Part shown: positions 34,889 through 44,667 of the stretch, one piece after another
How positions within the stretch are numbered: position 1 is the first letter of the stretch
How the letters are laid out: every line of letters starts with the position of its first letter
Assembly (NCBI GenBank): GCA_964558075.1
Contig: CAZLCY010000001.1
Span: 1-48,158 of the forward strand
Direction of reading: 5' to 3'
Origin: an uncultured Bacteroidales bacterium
GTDB lineage: Bacteria > Bacteroidota > Bacteroidia > Bacteroidales > UBA1715
Length of the DNA stretch: 48,158 nt
Made by a program: the position numbers and the translations under genes
Notes under the pieces: model-generated
Seen by the model: only the letters and a program-made list of their open reading frames with translations
Database searches by the model: none
What the model was told of the DNA's origin: nothing

Positions 34889-37111
34889 TCAAACTCCTTT
34901 TTGCCATTTAACTGTTATCATATCATCTTCAAATTTCAGCATCCAATTTATTTTTGAATAAACATGCTCATCTCTAAGAATATCTTGTTCAAAATGTTTC
35001 TTAGATCGCCACGGACATCTACGATGCAACGTTCTTGCCGTCCATGATAACGCATTTAAAATTTCTTCCGGTGTACCTGAAATACCAAATACTTTATCTT
35101 CTTCAATAATTAAATTATAAACACTATCTCTTATAACAAGATTTTCATCGCGCTTGATGATGCTATCATCATCGGAACGTATAAGTGCTAATTTTAAATT
35201 CTTAAACCACTCAATTGTTTCCGAGTTCCTAATACTTGCCTCTGCGGACTTACTAAGAATATATTTACTCCAACGAGTAGCTAAATCACCTTCACCAATT
35301 ATTTTTTCTTCCTGTAATTTTTTACCAACTAACACCATCAACATAAAATAATCAACTGTACGTTCTTTGACTCCGAGCATTTCCTTGTATTCACGAACCC
35401 GTTGACGGGACATAAACTCGTGTATATCGGGTAATACTTTTTCTGAAATTAATTTTAATATAGACGTAAGAATAATTTCTCGGTTATTAAGAATTAATTT
35501 CTTATCCTTTAACCCGTAAAAATCATCTTGATATTTAAAATCAGTTTCAATTTCATAATAACGAGTTCTAACATCGGCTTGCAAAAAATTATCTAAACCG
35601 GAGATCATTACAAATGAATGAGCCTGCTGTTCATGAGTTGACGTACCACCGCCCGATGTAGATCCGATGACACGACGTCCGCCCGTAGCTGCCATATCAA
35701 AAAACGTTCTAAGACCTTCCGATACATCAGTAACATTTTCATTGTCAAAGAATAATAGTGGTTCAACTGTCGCTGTTCGCCACAGCCCTGCCGTAGTATA
35801 TGTTGGCAACTTTTCTTCATTATCTCCATAAATTAACCAATAAAGTATTTTCATTAAAGTTGATTTACCAGAACCGGCAGGCCCTCTTAAATGAATGCCC
35901 GGACGAATAGATGAATATCCCTGTAAGAATATTGCCACTAACCAACAAATAATAATTTCTTTAGCAGTATTTGGAACAACTAAATGACGCATAATATAAT
36001 CACGCAACATTGTCAAACCATCACCAGATTTTAATTCAATTGGCTTAAACCATGTGCGACGAATTTGACTATAATCAATTCCTTCGGAGGGCCTGACAAA
36101 TACATCATTTTGTGTTATAATTATACTGGAGGCTCCTTGAGAAATTATAATTTTATCCTCGCTAAGATCATTATGTAACCAACTTGTAGGTTCAACTTTT
36201 TCTGCTTGTAAAGCCATACAACATAACGCATCTAAGATAATCCGCCCATCTTGTTGACTGGTAGTAACGCCACCTAAAGTGAATAATAATGAACGTAGCA
36301 TTATGTTATGTGGATCTAATTCATACAATTTATTATCATATTTTAAATAGCCTTTCTTTTGTGCTTCATCCCAAAGAAATTTTCCCCCATTATCCTTAAA
36401 CCATTCAATGACTGCATCAGTCATTTTATGTGCCGGCCCCGTTCTGGTTTCTTTATACCGTGGTTGACCCTGTTTTTGTGCGACATAATGAAATTCATCT
36501 ATAACTTCTTTTAATGTTTGACCTTTTCTATCTATTTCAATAGTGGGGTTAACATTATATAAAGAAGCACGTTTTATGGATGATTTAAAATCACCTTTCC
36601 AATCGCCAAACTTTACAATAGCACCGTTTTCAACTAAACTTTGCGCCACTTTTTCTGCTTCGGATCTTCTAAGTTTATCTCGAAGTAATGTTACATTACG
36701 TCCCGATAAATTTGAAGACCACATCGCTAACCAACCATTGTCAAAAGCAATGGTGTTCGGCGGGGCTTCCGGTAATAGAGCCGGATTATCAACAATTGTA
36801 ACATTACCTTCTTCGCGCATACAGGGATAAATCGTTGGAAAATTATACAACGATTTTTCTTCTGTTGAATCATATGCATTTATCCGATAATTATTACTTG
36901 TAGCAATAATAGTATAATCTTCCGGCACAACACCATATTCATTATGCCTTAACATTCTCCGTATAATGCGTGCCGGAAGATTATATATCTTAGCGAATAC
37001 AGATCCTTTTGAAACCGTCTGACATTTACCACAAATTACGGAATCATCCGTTACTACTATATTCTCTTCTCCGCAAACCGGGCATGCTTTTAGTTTCAAA
37101 AAATCCATCAT
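34889..37111 (-). CDS. DNA primase-helicase (zinc finger + SF3/D5-like P-loop NTPase)
   Basis: The N-terminus has CPVCGEEN...CGKC. Walker A is IHLRGPAGSGKSTL and Walker B-like is LLFFDNE. At 740 aa, the layout matches D5/P4-type primase-helicases. Confidence 0.7.
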   Translation of the reverse strand: MMDFLKLKACPVCGEENIVVTDDSVICGKCQTVSKGSVFAKIYNLPARIIRRMLRHNEYGVVPEDYTIIATSNNYRINAYDSTEEKSLYNFPTIYPCMREEGNVTIVDNPALLPEAPPNTIAFDNGWLAMWSSNLSGRNVTLLRDKLRRSEAEKVAQSLVENGAIVKFGDWKGDFKSSIKRASLYNVNPTIEIDRKGQTLKEVIDEFHYVAQKQGQPRYKETRTGPAHKMTDAVIEWFKDNGGKFLWDEAQKKGYLKYDNKLYELDPHNIMLRSLLFTLGGVTTSQQDGRIILDALCCMALQAEKVEPTSWLHNDLSEDKIIISQGASSIIITQNDVFVRPSEGIDYSQIRRTWFKPIELKSGDGLTMLRDYIMRHLVVPNTAKEIIICWLVAIFLQGYSSIRPGIHLRGPAGSGKSTLMKILYWLIYGDNEEKLPTYTTAGLWRTATVEPLLFFDNENVTDVSEGLRTFFDMAATGGRRVIGSTSGGGTSTHEQQAHSFVMISGLDNFLQADVRTRYYEIETDFKYQDDFYGLKDKKLILNNREIILTSILKLISEKVLPDIHEFMSRQRVREYKEMLGVKERTVDYFMLMVLVGKKLQEEKIIGEGDLATRWSKYILSKSAEASIRNSETIEWFKNLKLALIRSDDDSIIKRDENLVIRDSVYNLIIEEDKVFGISGTPEEILNALSWTARTLHRRCPWRSKKHFEQDILRDEHVYSKINWMLKFEDDMITVKWQKGV

Positions 37112-37112
37112 A

Positions 37113-37322
37113 TCACTCCATCATAAAATCAGGTAAACGTGTTAGTGCGCCTGTTTCTTTAACAATTGTTACTTCTTTCTCCGTTTGTGTTTTCTTTTCA
37201 AAATAATCATCAATGATTTTCCGCACGAGTGCGGACTTCGATAGATCTAAAAGGTTTGCATGATGTTCTAAAAAAGCATCAACCTCTGGATCTATCGAAG
37301 CAGATATTCTCGCTCGTTGCAT
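37113..37322 (-). CDS. ribbon-helix-helix (CopG/Arc-like) DNA-binding protein
   Basis: RISASIDPEVDAFLEHHANLLDLSKSALVRKIIDDYF shows the beta-strand/helix/helix pattern typical of RHH proteins. Confidence 0.6.
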   Translation of the reverse strand: MQRARISASIDPEVDAFLEHHANLLDLSKSALVRKIIDDYFEKKTQTEKEVTIVKETGALTRLPDFMME

Positions 37323-37729
37323 TATTCTACGAACTTTTTAATAGTTGGTTCGTCATAACCATCACGATCTTCTTCGAGTGCAACATAAGCGTTAACAGTA
37401 TCGCCTACATAATCAGTAAAAATTCCATTCTCATCCTGTTTTCCAAGTGTGAAATTTTTACCAATATCTCTTCCGGTTGAACGGATCATCTGATGAAGCC
37501 GTCTTTTACCAATTTTATGTTCGAGTGTGAAGTATTCAGTATATTCGATGCCTTCTTCATCAACAAACTCTGTTTTTACACAAACGTTACCTTTCTGTGA
37601 TTTATGAAGTTTCATCGAAACAATAGTAAGTTCTCTTTCACCTTCATCAAATTCCTTAACTGCGCCGGTATCAATTACCAGTTCACCGTTTTCGTTGTAC
37701 ATTTCTTCTACATTCATATTTTCGCTCAT
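37322..37729 (-). CDS. hypothetical protein, possible ssDNA-binding partner of the Sak4-like ATPase
   Basis: It lies immediately downstream of the AAA_24-like gene, as DUF669-type proteins do in other phages. Position is the only evidence. Confidence 0.3.
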   Translation of the reverse strand: MSENMNVEEMYNENGELVIDTGAVKEFDEGERELTIVSMKLHKSQKGNVCVKTEFVDEEGIEYTEYFTLEHKIGKRRLHQMIRSTGRDIGKNFTLGKQDENGIFTDYVGDTVNAYVALEEDRDGYDEPTIKKFVE

Positions 37730-37732
37730 TAA

Positions 37733-38449
37733 TTAATCCTCCTGTGAATCTTTTGTTGCGGGTGTTAACAGATCAAATATTTTTTTGACTGTCGGGTCTT
37801 TCATTTTTCCAATACTTGCGCTACGATCTCGTGCAAGGAAATTTTTTCCTACGTCGGTATCAAGATACTGCTCAATTAGCGTTTTTCCCCCTTTCTTTTT
37901 CGTTTTAATTGTAGTTCTTCCAATGACGGAGAACATTGACATTAACTTCGGTGGGAACTTCCTTCCAGCCATCATAACGTCATATCCAACAATATCTCCG
38001 TCGCTATTAAACCTATCCTCTTCAAGAACTGTTATCATCAGCATATCCGTATTCGCTTCAATAGCCCGAATAAATTTTTTCGTTTCACGGAAGAGTGTTT
38101 GCCAATGAACAAACGTAGCTTTTTTACCACCCGTAATCTCTTCCATTAACAGATCCATTAAATATGTGAATCCGTCAATTACGATAAGATCAAAATCTCT
38201 TGACGCTTTTTCAATATCACTTAACTGTTTCGAAATTCGTACCTTCTTTTCCACAACATATACCATCTCGTTAGGATGGTATCGTGCAAACGTAGTTGAA
38301 CCACCCGGTTCACATTCAACTACAAGTGCTTTTACATTTGGCACTTCATATGCCGTACCGGATAGTCGAGATTTCCCTGTACCATTTTGACCATATACTA
38401 AAACAGTTTTGTGCTCTTGACAAACCTCACTTACTTTACCTAAACCCAT
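37733..38449 (-). CDS. RecA-fold ATPase, AAA_24/Sak4-like
   Basis: Walker A is VLVYGQNGTGKS and Walker B is DLIVIDGF. At about 240 aa and inside the recombination module, it fits this family. Confidence 0.65.
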   Translation of the reverse strand: MGLGKVSEVCQEHKTVLVYGQNGTGKSRLSGTAYEVPNVKALVVECEPGGSTTFARYHPNEMVYVVEKKVRISKQLSDIEKASRDFDLIVIDGFTYLMDLLMEEITGGKKATFVHWQTLFRETKKFIRAIEANTDMLMITVLEEDRFNSDGDIVGYDVMMAGRKFPPKLMSMFSVIGRTTIKTKKKGGKTLIEQYLDTDVGKNFLARDRSASIGKMKDPTVKKIFDLLTPATKDSQED

Positions 38450-38452
38450 TAT

Positions 38453-39421
38453 TTAATCTCCTTCAACATTAATTAATTCCCCTTTTGCCGTCATGTTTAC
38501 TTCTCGAAGAAAGCGTATTATGCCTACCGCTTCATCATAATTATCCGACGCTTCTGCGCATATGTTTGAAAATGGGCAAAGACGGCAATTTGTTCGATTC
38601 GGATTTCCGGGTGGCATTTCATTAGCTCTATTATATTCTACCATATTTGATGACACTTTGTCAAGTGTTTTTATCCAATTTCTCATATATTTTTCAGTAT
38701 CAATTAAGTATCGCTGATTAAATATATAAGAATTATTTTCCAAGTATGATAAAATTTCCTCGTAGTCTTCCACATTCCGATTATTTTCAAGAATAGTCTG
38801 TCTATACACTTCTGGTGTAGTTCTAATTTTCCGTTTAGAAATTGAACCGTTCTTATTAACAGACGGTTTTTTAGGATACGCTTTAATCAATATGTTAAAC
38901 AGTATTTTGGGATACACACCCCATTTTGAAAATACCATATACGCATACATTTTTGCTTGTAAGTGCATCATATAATCCGTTATTGTGTACGGCTGTGTAG
39001 CGGTTTTATGTTCGACTACATAAACTTCATCACCATTGCGAATCAAAATGTCTATACATCCAATTGCATTATATTTCTCTTTATGCATATTAATTTTATA
39101 TTCAGTAACAAATTCGTCAACTTCATGTGGTTTCGGAATTTTGATGTCCATATTATTTTCATTATCAATATAATTTTTCATCATTCCGACAACCAGATCA
39201 TACTGATCTGCCGTTACTTCGCTATTCATTTTTAGTATTGACCACATTTCGTCAACATTACCTAAATGATACTGTTCAAGCATATCATGAACTAAATGAC
39301 CTAAAATAGTGTCCGGGGTATCATTGGATCGGGGTACTTTCATTACTTTATCGAACCACCACGCCCGGTCGCATCGTGAAAACATTCTCATTTGTGTAGG
39401 AGATATTCTTATTTTATCCAT
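38453..39421 (-). CDS. Cas4/RecB-like PD-(D/E)XK exonuclease with 4-Cys Fe-S cluster
   Basis: An N-terminal Cys (CDRAWWF) is present. The nuclease motifs are GCIDILI...VVEHKT (D...ExK) and QAKMYAY (QxxxY). The C-terminus is CRLCPFSNIC. Confidence 0.8.
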   Translation of the reverse strand: MDKIRISPTQMRMFSRCDRAWWFDKVMKVPRSNDTPDTILGHLVHDMLEQYHLGNVDEMWSILKMNSEVTADQYDLVVGMMKNYIDNENNMDIKIPKPHEVDEFVTEYKINMHKEKYNAIGCIDILIRNGDEVYVVEHKTATQPYTITDYMMHLQAKMYAYMVFSKWGVYPKILFNILIKAYPKKPSVNKNGSISKRKIRTTPEVYRQTILENNRNVEDYEEILSYLENNSYIFNQRYLIDTEKYMRNWIKTLDKVSSNMVEYNRANEMPPGNPNRTNCRLCPFSNICAEASDNYDEAVGIIRFLREVNMTAKGELINVEGD

Positions 39422-39835
39422 TTATTCCAGCCTTTCTTTATACACATACACGTGTGCCAACGCATCTTTTTCATGTGGTGTTCTTCCTTTTAATTCACGC
39501 TTTGCTTCACGAATTTTAGACAATCTTTCCTGCGGTTTTTGATTTGCATAAATAAACTTTATGTCCCGTTTCTTATTAATTATCTTTTCAAACATCAAGA
39601 ATATACCTACAAAAATGCCTCTGTAAAAAGCCGGTGTTGCCATGAATCTGGAATTTCCAATTTCGTGTTCCATTATAATATGAATGTCGTCTTCAGCCAA
39701 AGATAAAATGTCAAGCATGTCTTCAGCAAATTCTTCGTGTATAGTGTCCGGGGTGTATGCCTTTGTATGACATACACGCCCATTGTGATATACTACAACT
39801 CCTGTTGTTTCGCCCGGATCAATTCCTATAAGCAT
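39422..39835 (-). CDS. RuvC-like Holliday junction resolvase
   Basis: The N-terminus MLIGIDPGETTG supplies the first catalytic Asp. MEHE and HEKDALAH carry the later acidic and His residues. At 137 aa the size fits. Confidence 0.7.
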   Translation of the reverse strand: MLIGIDPGETTGVVVYHNGRVCHTKAYTPDTIHEEFAEDMLDILSLAEDDIHIIMEHEIGNSRFMATPAFYRGIFVGIFLMFEKIINKKRDIKFIYANQKPQERLSKIREAKRELKGRTPHEKDALAHVYVYKERLE

Positions 39836-39842
39836 ATATATT

Positions 39843-40145
39843 TCACTCCTTCAATTTTAACTCTTTTTCTATACGTGCTTCTTCTTCCTTAACCTGTTTT
39901 TCAATTTTTTCGACAACAGATCGAGTTGCCCAGTATGGATCTATGTTTACGTTTTTATGATACTCGGTTATACATGTAGTATTACCAATTTTATCTACAT
40001 ATTCTATATTATATACAATACTACCATTTTTCAATACTTCTACATGTATAATTTCTCCTCTATATAATGTAAGATGTCTATCCATAAAATAAACAAATGT
40101 TCCGGGTTTATAAACCATCATCATATTATCAGTATTAAAATTCAT
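39843..40145 (-). CDS. hypothetical protein (100 aa)
   Basis: The track starts the ORF at a GTG at 40157. I prefer the ATG at 40145, after AAAGGTGG. No motif recognised. Confidence 0.5.
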   Translation of the reverse strand: MNFNTDNMMMVYKPGTFVYFMDRHLTLYRGEIIHVEVLKNGSIVYNIEYVDKIGNTTCITEYHKNVNIDPYWATRSVVEKIEKQVKEEEARIEKELKLKE

Positions 40146-40146
40146 A

Positions 40147-40290
40147 TTATTTACCACCTTTCATCGAAATAACTGTAGTTAACACAGTGTCTGTATTCTT
40201 ACGGAAACTTTTCTTAATCCTCTTTGACCAAAACTTTTTAGCCTCTTTTACCAACTTATTAAATAACTTCTTTTTTGGATGTAATACCAT
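40147..40290 (-). CDS. small basic protein (47 aa)
   Basis: Hand-translated as MVLHPKKKLFNKLVKEAKKFWSKRIKKSFRKNT... . Its ATG directly abuts the SNF2 stop. Confidence 0.4.
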   Translation of the reverse strand: MVLHPKKKLFNKLVKEAKKFWSKRIKKSFRKNTDTVLTTVISMKGGK

Positions 40291-41928
40291 TTAATCATTC
40301 CTTTCCTGTTTCATTTTAAAAATAACATTCATCATAGAAATTTTTTTAGATTTCTCTTTTGCAGTTGATTCAATCGCTTCATCAATTGTTATTATGTCAT
40401 CAGAATGTCCAATGATTTTATACACGTTTACCGGATATTTTGATGTTACCCGATGACAACGATCAATTGCTTGTTCATTAACGGCTGGATTCCAATCCTG
40501 TTCTGCCATAATTACATTATGACAAAAATCCAAATTTCGTCCTTCACCTATAGACTTTAGAGTAGCAACCATTATATTTGTATCTCCGCTGAATTCTTGT
40601 ATAGCCTTATCTCGTAAGACTACAGGTGTTTCGCCATCGACATAAATTACTTTCTCTAATGAACGTAAATGATCAGCCAACATTCGCCCAAAATCGCGAT
40701 GCCAAACAACCACTACTACTTTATTGCCTTCAACCGTGATATCCCGCACAAGATTATAAACAATCTCATTTTTGGGTTCGTAATCTTTATATCCCAAAGA
40801 TGATGGATAATTTATTAACTGTCGTAGATAACTAATAATAGACAGCGCAGTTTTTTTGACTTTCTCACCATCAACATTAATGACTTGTTCTTCACTAATC
40901 TTTTTATACAACGCGGTGTGTTCTTTCGATAAAGGCGCAAGTATATAATTAATGTTTTTGGGTGGTAAATCAAAACCAACCGCTTCTTTAGTTCGACGCA
41001 AGCGAATGGTTTTAAGAATTTCGCCTAATTCATCAAGATTTTTTGGCCCTAAAAGTTCAGTACCCCACGGGCCTCTCAAAGTTTCGACATACCGATAAAT
41101 GAAATTCCATTTAGAACTAAATCTCCGATTGTCAAGGCAGTTAAGCAAGTGCCATAGTGTATCTGGATTTTTAGTGAACATATCACTGCCGGACATTAGC
41201 ACAACGTAATTACTATGCTGTGCTAAACTATTTACAGCCTTTGATTGTTGTGATTGACTGTTTGAAATTCGATGCACTTCATCTACAATCAATACTTCAT
41301 AATTACAATAAATGTCTTTATATGTGCTAATCGTTGCCGTTCTATATGATACAATCAGAATTTTTCTTTCTTCGCAAAATTCAAATTCACGTAAGATTGA
41401 TTCCTTCTGATTTTTAGATCCCATTAATGCGAATACTTTTGGGATATTACCCCCAAAAATCTTTGTCCATTTAATGATTTCCCCGTACCATTGAGGAATT
41501 AAATAAGCCGGGCATATAATTAACGCATTACCACCAATTTCTTCCATAGCTTTTATCGCTTCGACGGTTTTACCTAATCCACGATCATCTCCGATGATGA
41601 CTCGTTTGGCCTTTTTAATAAAGCTAACCGCCTTTGACTGATACGGATATAAAGGTTTCCTATCAACAGAATCAAATTCCAGCATATCCAGAATCTCATT
41701 CTCGTGTTCTATCGACTTATTGAACCATTCTTTCATCGGTTCACTCAATTTAACATTTGATACTTTGTGCATAATTATATCCAGAAGGACATAATCGGGA
41801 TGAAAAGATACTTTTCCGCTTTGTCGTTTACATTTCGTTATTGCAACGACCTCATTGAGTTCCGCAGGTGTTCCATGCGCATAGATCCTTTTAAGACCTG
41901 TCGTATGGAACTTTCCTGTTATAAACAT
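40291..41928 (-). CDS. SNF2-family helicase/ATPase
   Basis: DDRGLGKT is motif I, LIVDEVHR is DExH, and NEQAIDRCHR is motif VI. Confidence 0.85.
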   Translation of the reverse strand: MFITGKFHTTGLKRIYAHGTPAELNEVVAITKCKRQSGKVSFHPDYVLLDIIMHKVSNVKLSEPMKEWFNKSIEHENEILDMLEFDSVDRKPLYPYQSKAVSFIKKAKRVIIGDDRGLGKTVEAIKAMEEIGGNALIICPAYLIPQWYGEIIKWTKIFGGNIPKVFALMGSKNQKESILREFEFCEERKILIVSYRTATISTYKDIYCNYEVLIVDEVHRISNSQSQQSKAVNSLAQHSNYVVLMSGSDMFTKNPDTLWHLLNCLDNRRFSSKWNFIYRYVETLRGPWGTELLGPKNLDELGEILKTIRLRRTKEAVGFDLPPKNINYILAPLSKEHTALYKKISEEQVINVDGEKVKKTALSIISYLRQLINYPSSLGYKDYEPKNEIVYNLVRDITVEGNKVVVVVWHRDFGRMLADHLRSLEKVIYVDGETPVVLRDKAIQEFSGDTNIMVATLKSIGEGRNLDFCHNVIMAEQDWNPAVNEQAIDRCHRVTSKYPVNVYKIIGHSDDIITIDEAIESTAKEKSKKISMMNVIFKMKQERND

Positions 41929-41950
41929 TTAATCACTCCTTTCAATAACT

Positions 41951-41979
41951 ATTATATCACATTTACATCATCTTGTCAA
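41951..41979 (-). promoter_or_regulatory. consensus promoter (TTGACA-17-TATAAT) of the replication operon
   Basis: tgtcaa at 41974-41979 and attata at 41951-41956. The RBS AAAGGAG lies upstream of the ATG at 41928. Confidence 0.7.
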
Positions 41980-42068
41980 GCGATCGTACATCCGCATACA
42001 AAATTCAATAAAAATTGTCAATGGTATTAATGAAAACAATACAATGAACACAGTAAAAACAATATCAA

Positions 42069-42518
42069 TCACCAAATCATCATCTCTGGTAAAAAATCAA
42101 TAACTTCATCCAATGATGCAACTATATGTGTTGCAAATTCTGCGGGAAATGGAACTTTTTTAGGATCTTCTGTTACCAAAATAAATGGTTTTCCTAAAGT
42201 CCATGCATAACATGTTTCCCAAATTGCGCCTGTCGTATATACGTCTTCCGGTAAATATAAAACAATCCAATCCGCTGATCTTACATCAGCTAAATCTCTA
42301 TTCACATAAAGATGTCGATCTCCAATTTGTTGGATTGATCCTCTTGAAATGTCAATTAAACCAACGGGTCTAATATTGGCATTTTGTAGTGCTAACATAG
42401 TCCGAATTTTCGCCCGGATATTGGCGTCAAACTCATCTCTGATTTTTTTACTTTCACTATCACCAATACTGCCGTATGGCATAGCCAAATAAATGGATCT
42501 TGCCCACGTTTTATTCAT
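42069..42518 (-). CDS. nucleoside 2-deoxyribosyltransferase-like protein
   Basis: SIYLAMPYGS is an N-terminal YLAGP-like element. TTGAIWETCYAWTLGKPFILV resembles the G..E.G.A...GKP motif. Confidence 0.5.
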   Translation of the reverse strand: MNKTWARSIYLAMPYGSIGDSESKKIRDEFDANIRAKIRTMLALQNANIRPVGLIDISRGSIQQIGDRHLYVNRDLADVRSADWIVLYLPEDVYTTGAIWETCYAWTLGKPFILVTEDPKKVPFPAEFATHIVASLDEVIDFLPEMMIW

Positions 42519-42769
42519 TTTTTGCCTCCAATTCTTGCTTCAATACCTCTTTTAACCGCTTCCAAAACACATAAAACATCTGGTTCATTCAATTCATTCC
42601 AATAAGCATCAGCCTCACAATCAGGAGTTACGAAAATGAGAATTATATCCTGTACTTCATCTTCGTAATTTTCCATTACTGAAACAAACTTTTTTTGCCT
42701 TCTTGAACAATCAATAATGTTAATTGCCTGCTCAATCGGACTTATTCTTTTTTTAGACATTAAGATCAA
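42515..42769 (-). CDS. hypothetical protein (84 aa)
   Basis: From the ORF track, with overlapping start and stop relative to its neighbours. Confidence 0.5.
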   Translation of the reverse strand: MILMSKKRISPIEQAINIIDCSRRQKKFVSVMENYEDEVQDIILIFVTPDCEADAYWNELNEPDVLCVLEAVKRGIEARIGGKK

Positions 42770-43289
42770 TTTCTTTCTTTAAGTTTTCGACAGCTTCAAT
42801 CACTTCAGAGTAATTATCATACTCAAAATAATGAATAGTATAGACATCTACAATTCTTGTCATATCATCCATTGCAACGACTGCAGTCCATGCATCATCG
42901 TTTTTTATGATAGATCGAATCATTTCATCGAATTGATCGTCAGTTATACACGTATAGAATTGAATGTCGTATTTCCAAATAAGATAATCATCCGCTATTT
43001 CCTTAGGATATTCAACCGATACGGCATACTTAATACTTGAATCACCATCACTATACTCTGAAGGTATATTTTGCACAATACGAATTATCACATCATCTTT
43101 GGATTTTTTACTTTTACCTGATGTAGCAACCATACCATACACATGTAAGGATTCCTCTAAAGAAGCATCTGTCCCTACAAACTTGTTTGCATACAAGTAT
43201 TTAAAGAATTCGTCAGAAGTTTGAAGCTCTTTTCGTTCATCTTTCGTTAATGACGCCATGTCAATAGATTTTGCCCATGCTTTACTCAT
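42753..43289 (-). CDS. hypothetical protein (178 aa)
   Basis: From the ORF track. No motif recognised. Confidence 0.5.
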   Translation of the reverse strand: MSKAWAKSIDMASLTKDERKELQTSDEFFKYLYANKFVGTDASLEESLHVYGMVATSGKSKKSKDDVIIRIVQNIPSEYSDGDSSIKYAVSVEYPKEIADDYLIWKYDIQFYTCITDDQFDEMIRSIIKNDDAWTAVVAMDDMTRIVDVYTIHYFEYDNYSEVIEAVENLKKEIDLNV

Positions 43290-43567
43290 TATATCAATCC
43301 TTTCTGTTTTTGTTTTACAAATTCCTCAACTGGTATTTCCACAGTAAACCGTCTTTTAGTTAATTTGCCTTCTTTCCAAAAGGCAAATTTACCTTTTGAA
43401 GCACGAAGTGTTCCTTTACCGTCAATGATGTATCCACGCATTGGCTTTTCCAAGAAAAAATCAGCTTTTTCAAATGTTGAACCGTCAGGCAATTCAATAG
43501 CTCTAAAGTTATCCTTTGCAAAAAATTCCTCTTCTGTTAATAGTGTTATAATTTTTCTACTTTTCAT
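43289..43567 (-). CDS. hypothetical protein (92 aa)
   Basis: From the ORF track. It is the first gene after the promoter at 43600-43628. Confidence 0.5.
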   Translation of the reverse strand: MKSRKIITLLTEEEFFAKDNFRAIELPDGSTFEKADFFLEKPMRGYIIDGKGTLRASKGKFAFWKEGKLTKRRFTVEIPVEEFVKQKQKGLI

Positions 43568-43599
43568 TTAAACCATCCTTTCATTTATTTTGTAATTAC

Positions 43600-43628
43600 A
43601 TGTTAACACATGTTTTAATACTTGTCAA
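43600..43628 (-). promoter_or_regulatory. promoter (TTGACA-17-TAACAT)
   Basis: tgtcaa at 43623-43628 and atgtta at 43600-43605. The flanking aacacatgt is shared with the promoter at 44569. Confidence 0.55.
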
Positions 43629-43632
43629 AGGT

Positions 43633-44247
43633 TTATTCAATATTATCCAGAATTATTTCTGCCATTTCTTCATCCACTATTTTCCATATATCACGACCAT
43701 GATAAAAATACGTTAATTCGTCATAATCCTTATCATATCTTACTCCATCAATTATTATTTCCTTATTACAGCAATATTCGCCCGTATAAATGAAATTGTT
43801 AAAATTATATTGAAGAATGTCTTCTCCAATATCTTTTCCGTTTTCAAGTATAAAATCTTTCAATTTGTACCAATGTGCCCATGTATCAACCATGATAAGT
43901 GAATAACTGCTACCATCAGCAAAATTAGCCGTTATTTCAAACCTATACTTTTCATTACCAAAAAGCGTGTTAATCGCTTCTTCCAATCTTTCTGCTAATT
44001 CTATTGCCTGCCATAAAATGAATTCAAATTCGTTTTCAATGATTTTATCATCGGAATACCATTTAATTAGATTTTCGTGTTGATAAATCCCATCAGTACA
44101 ATAAGTCAAATCACTTAACCATGTACGATGTTCGCCATTTTCATCAATCCAATAATCAACAGTATTATAATTTTGTTCAATTACATACTCTAATCCGCGA
44201 AGGTTAAAACCTATTCTTAAAATATCTTTTGCTTCATCTTTTTTCAT
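43633..44247 (-). CDS. hypothetical protein (204 aa)
   Basis: From the ORF track. No motif recognised. Confidence 0.5.
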   Translation of the reverse strand: MKKDEAKDILRIGFNLRGLEYVIEQNYNTVDYWIDENGEHRTWLSDLTYCTDGIYQHENLIKWYSDDKIIENEFEFILWQAIELAERLEEAINTLFGNEKYRFEITANFADGSSYSLIMVDTWAHWYKLKDFILENGKDIGEDILQYNFNNFIYTGEYCCNKEIIIDGVRYDKDYDELTYFYHGRDIWKIVDEEMAEIILDNIE

Positions 44248-44537
44248 TATATCAGATCCTTTCCGTGTGCTTCTTTAACATTATCAAAAATAACTTCAAC
44301 TAATTCATCATAATTTATTTTATGAAAGTTTCCTTTTCTCACTTCCGATGAATTCATAGCAAATATTTCCCATTCTGCCTTTAGTTTTTCTATTAATGTT
44401 TCCCTGTCATCGAACTTCGCTCTGTTTATAGCGAATTCCTCTAATTCTTCTCCAAACGTACTATTATACGCCCAAAGTGAAACATTCCATGTTTCCCAAT
44501 TCGTAAAACCATTGTAACTCATGAGTTTTTCCTCCAT
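44247..44537 (-). CDS. hypothetical early protein (96 aa)
   Basis: From the ORF track. It contains a W-rich segment, NGFTNWETWNVSLW. It is the first gene after the promoter at 44569-44597. Confidence 0.5.
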   Translation of the reverse strand: MEEKLMSYNGFTNWETWNVSLWAYNSTFGEELEEFAINRAKFDDRETLIEKLKAEWEIFAMNSSEVRKGNFHKINYDELVEVIFDNVKEAHGKDLI

Positions 44538-44568
44538 TTCATTTTGTTTTTTTCTTTAACCTATACAT

Positions 44569-44597
44569 ATGATAACACATGTATTTTTTATTGTCAA
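44569..44597 (-). promoter_or_regulatory. promoter (TTGACA-17-TATCAT) of the early operon
   Basis: tgtcaa at 44592-44597 and atgata at 44569-44574. Confidence 0.6.
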
Positions 44598-44621
44598 GTA
44601 TTTGTACAAACTTTTTTTTAT

Positions 44622-44667
44622 TTGATTTCAATTAGACTGTAAAAGTATTGATTTCAATTAGACTGTA
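44622..44667. repeat. 20-bp direct repeat x2 (TTGATTTCAATTAGACTGTA, 26-bp period)
   Basis: Exact copies lie at 44622-44641 and 44648-44667, which is 25-70 bp upstream of the -35 box at 44592-44597. Further TGAATTCAT copies lie at 44712 and 44734. Confidence 0.85.

Noticed and set aside
41993-42021. A second promoter upstream of the SNF2 operon (TTGACA at 42016-42021).
   Set aside because: No acceptable -10 hexamer lies at 16-18 bp spacing. The best candidate is TATGCG, which lacks the final T.
44622-44667. A CRISPR-like array.
   Set aside because: There are only two 20-bp repeat copies with a 6-bp gap, no spacer-sized units and no cas genes.
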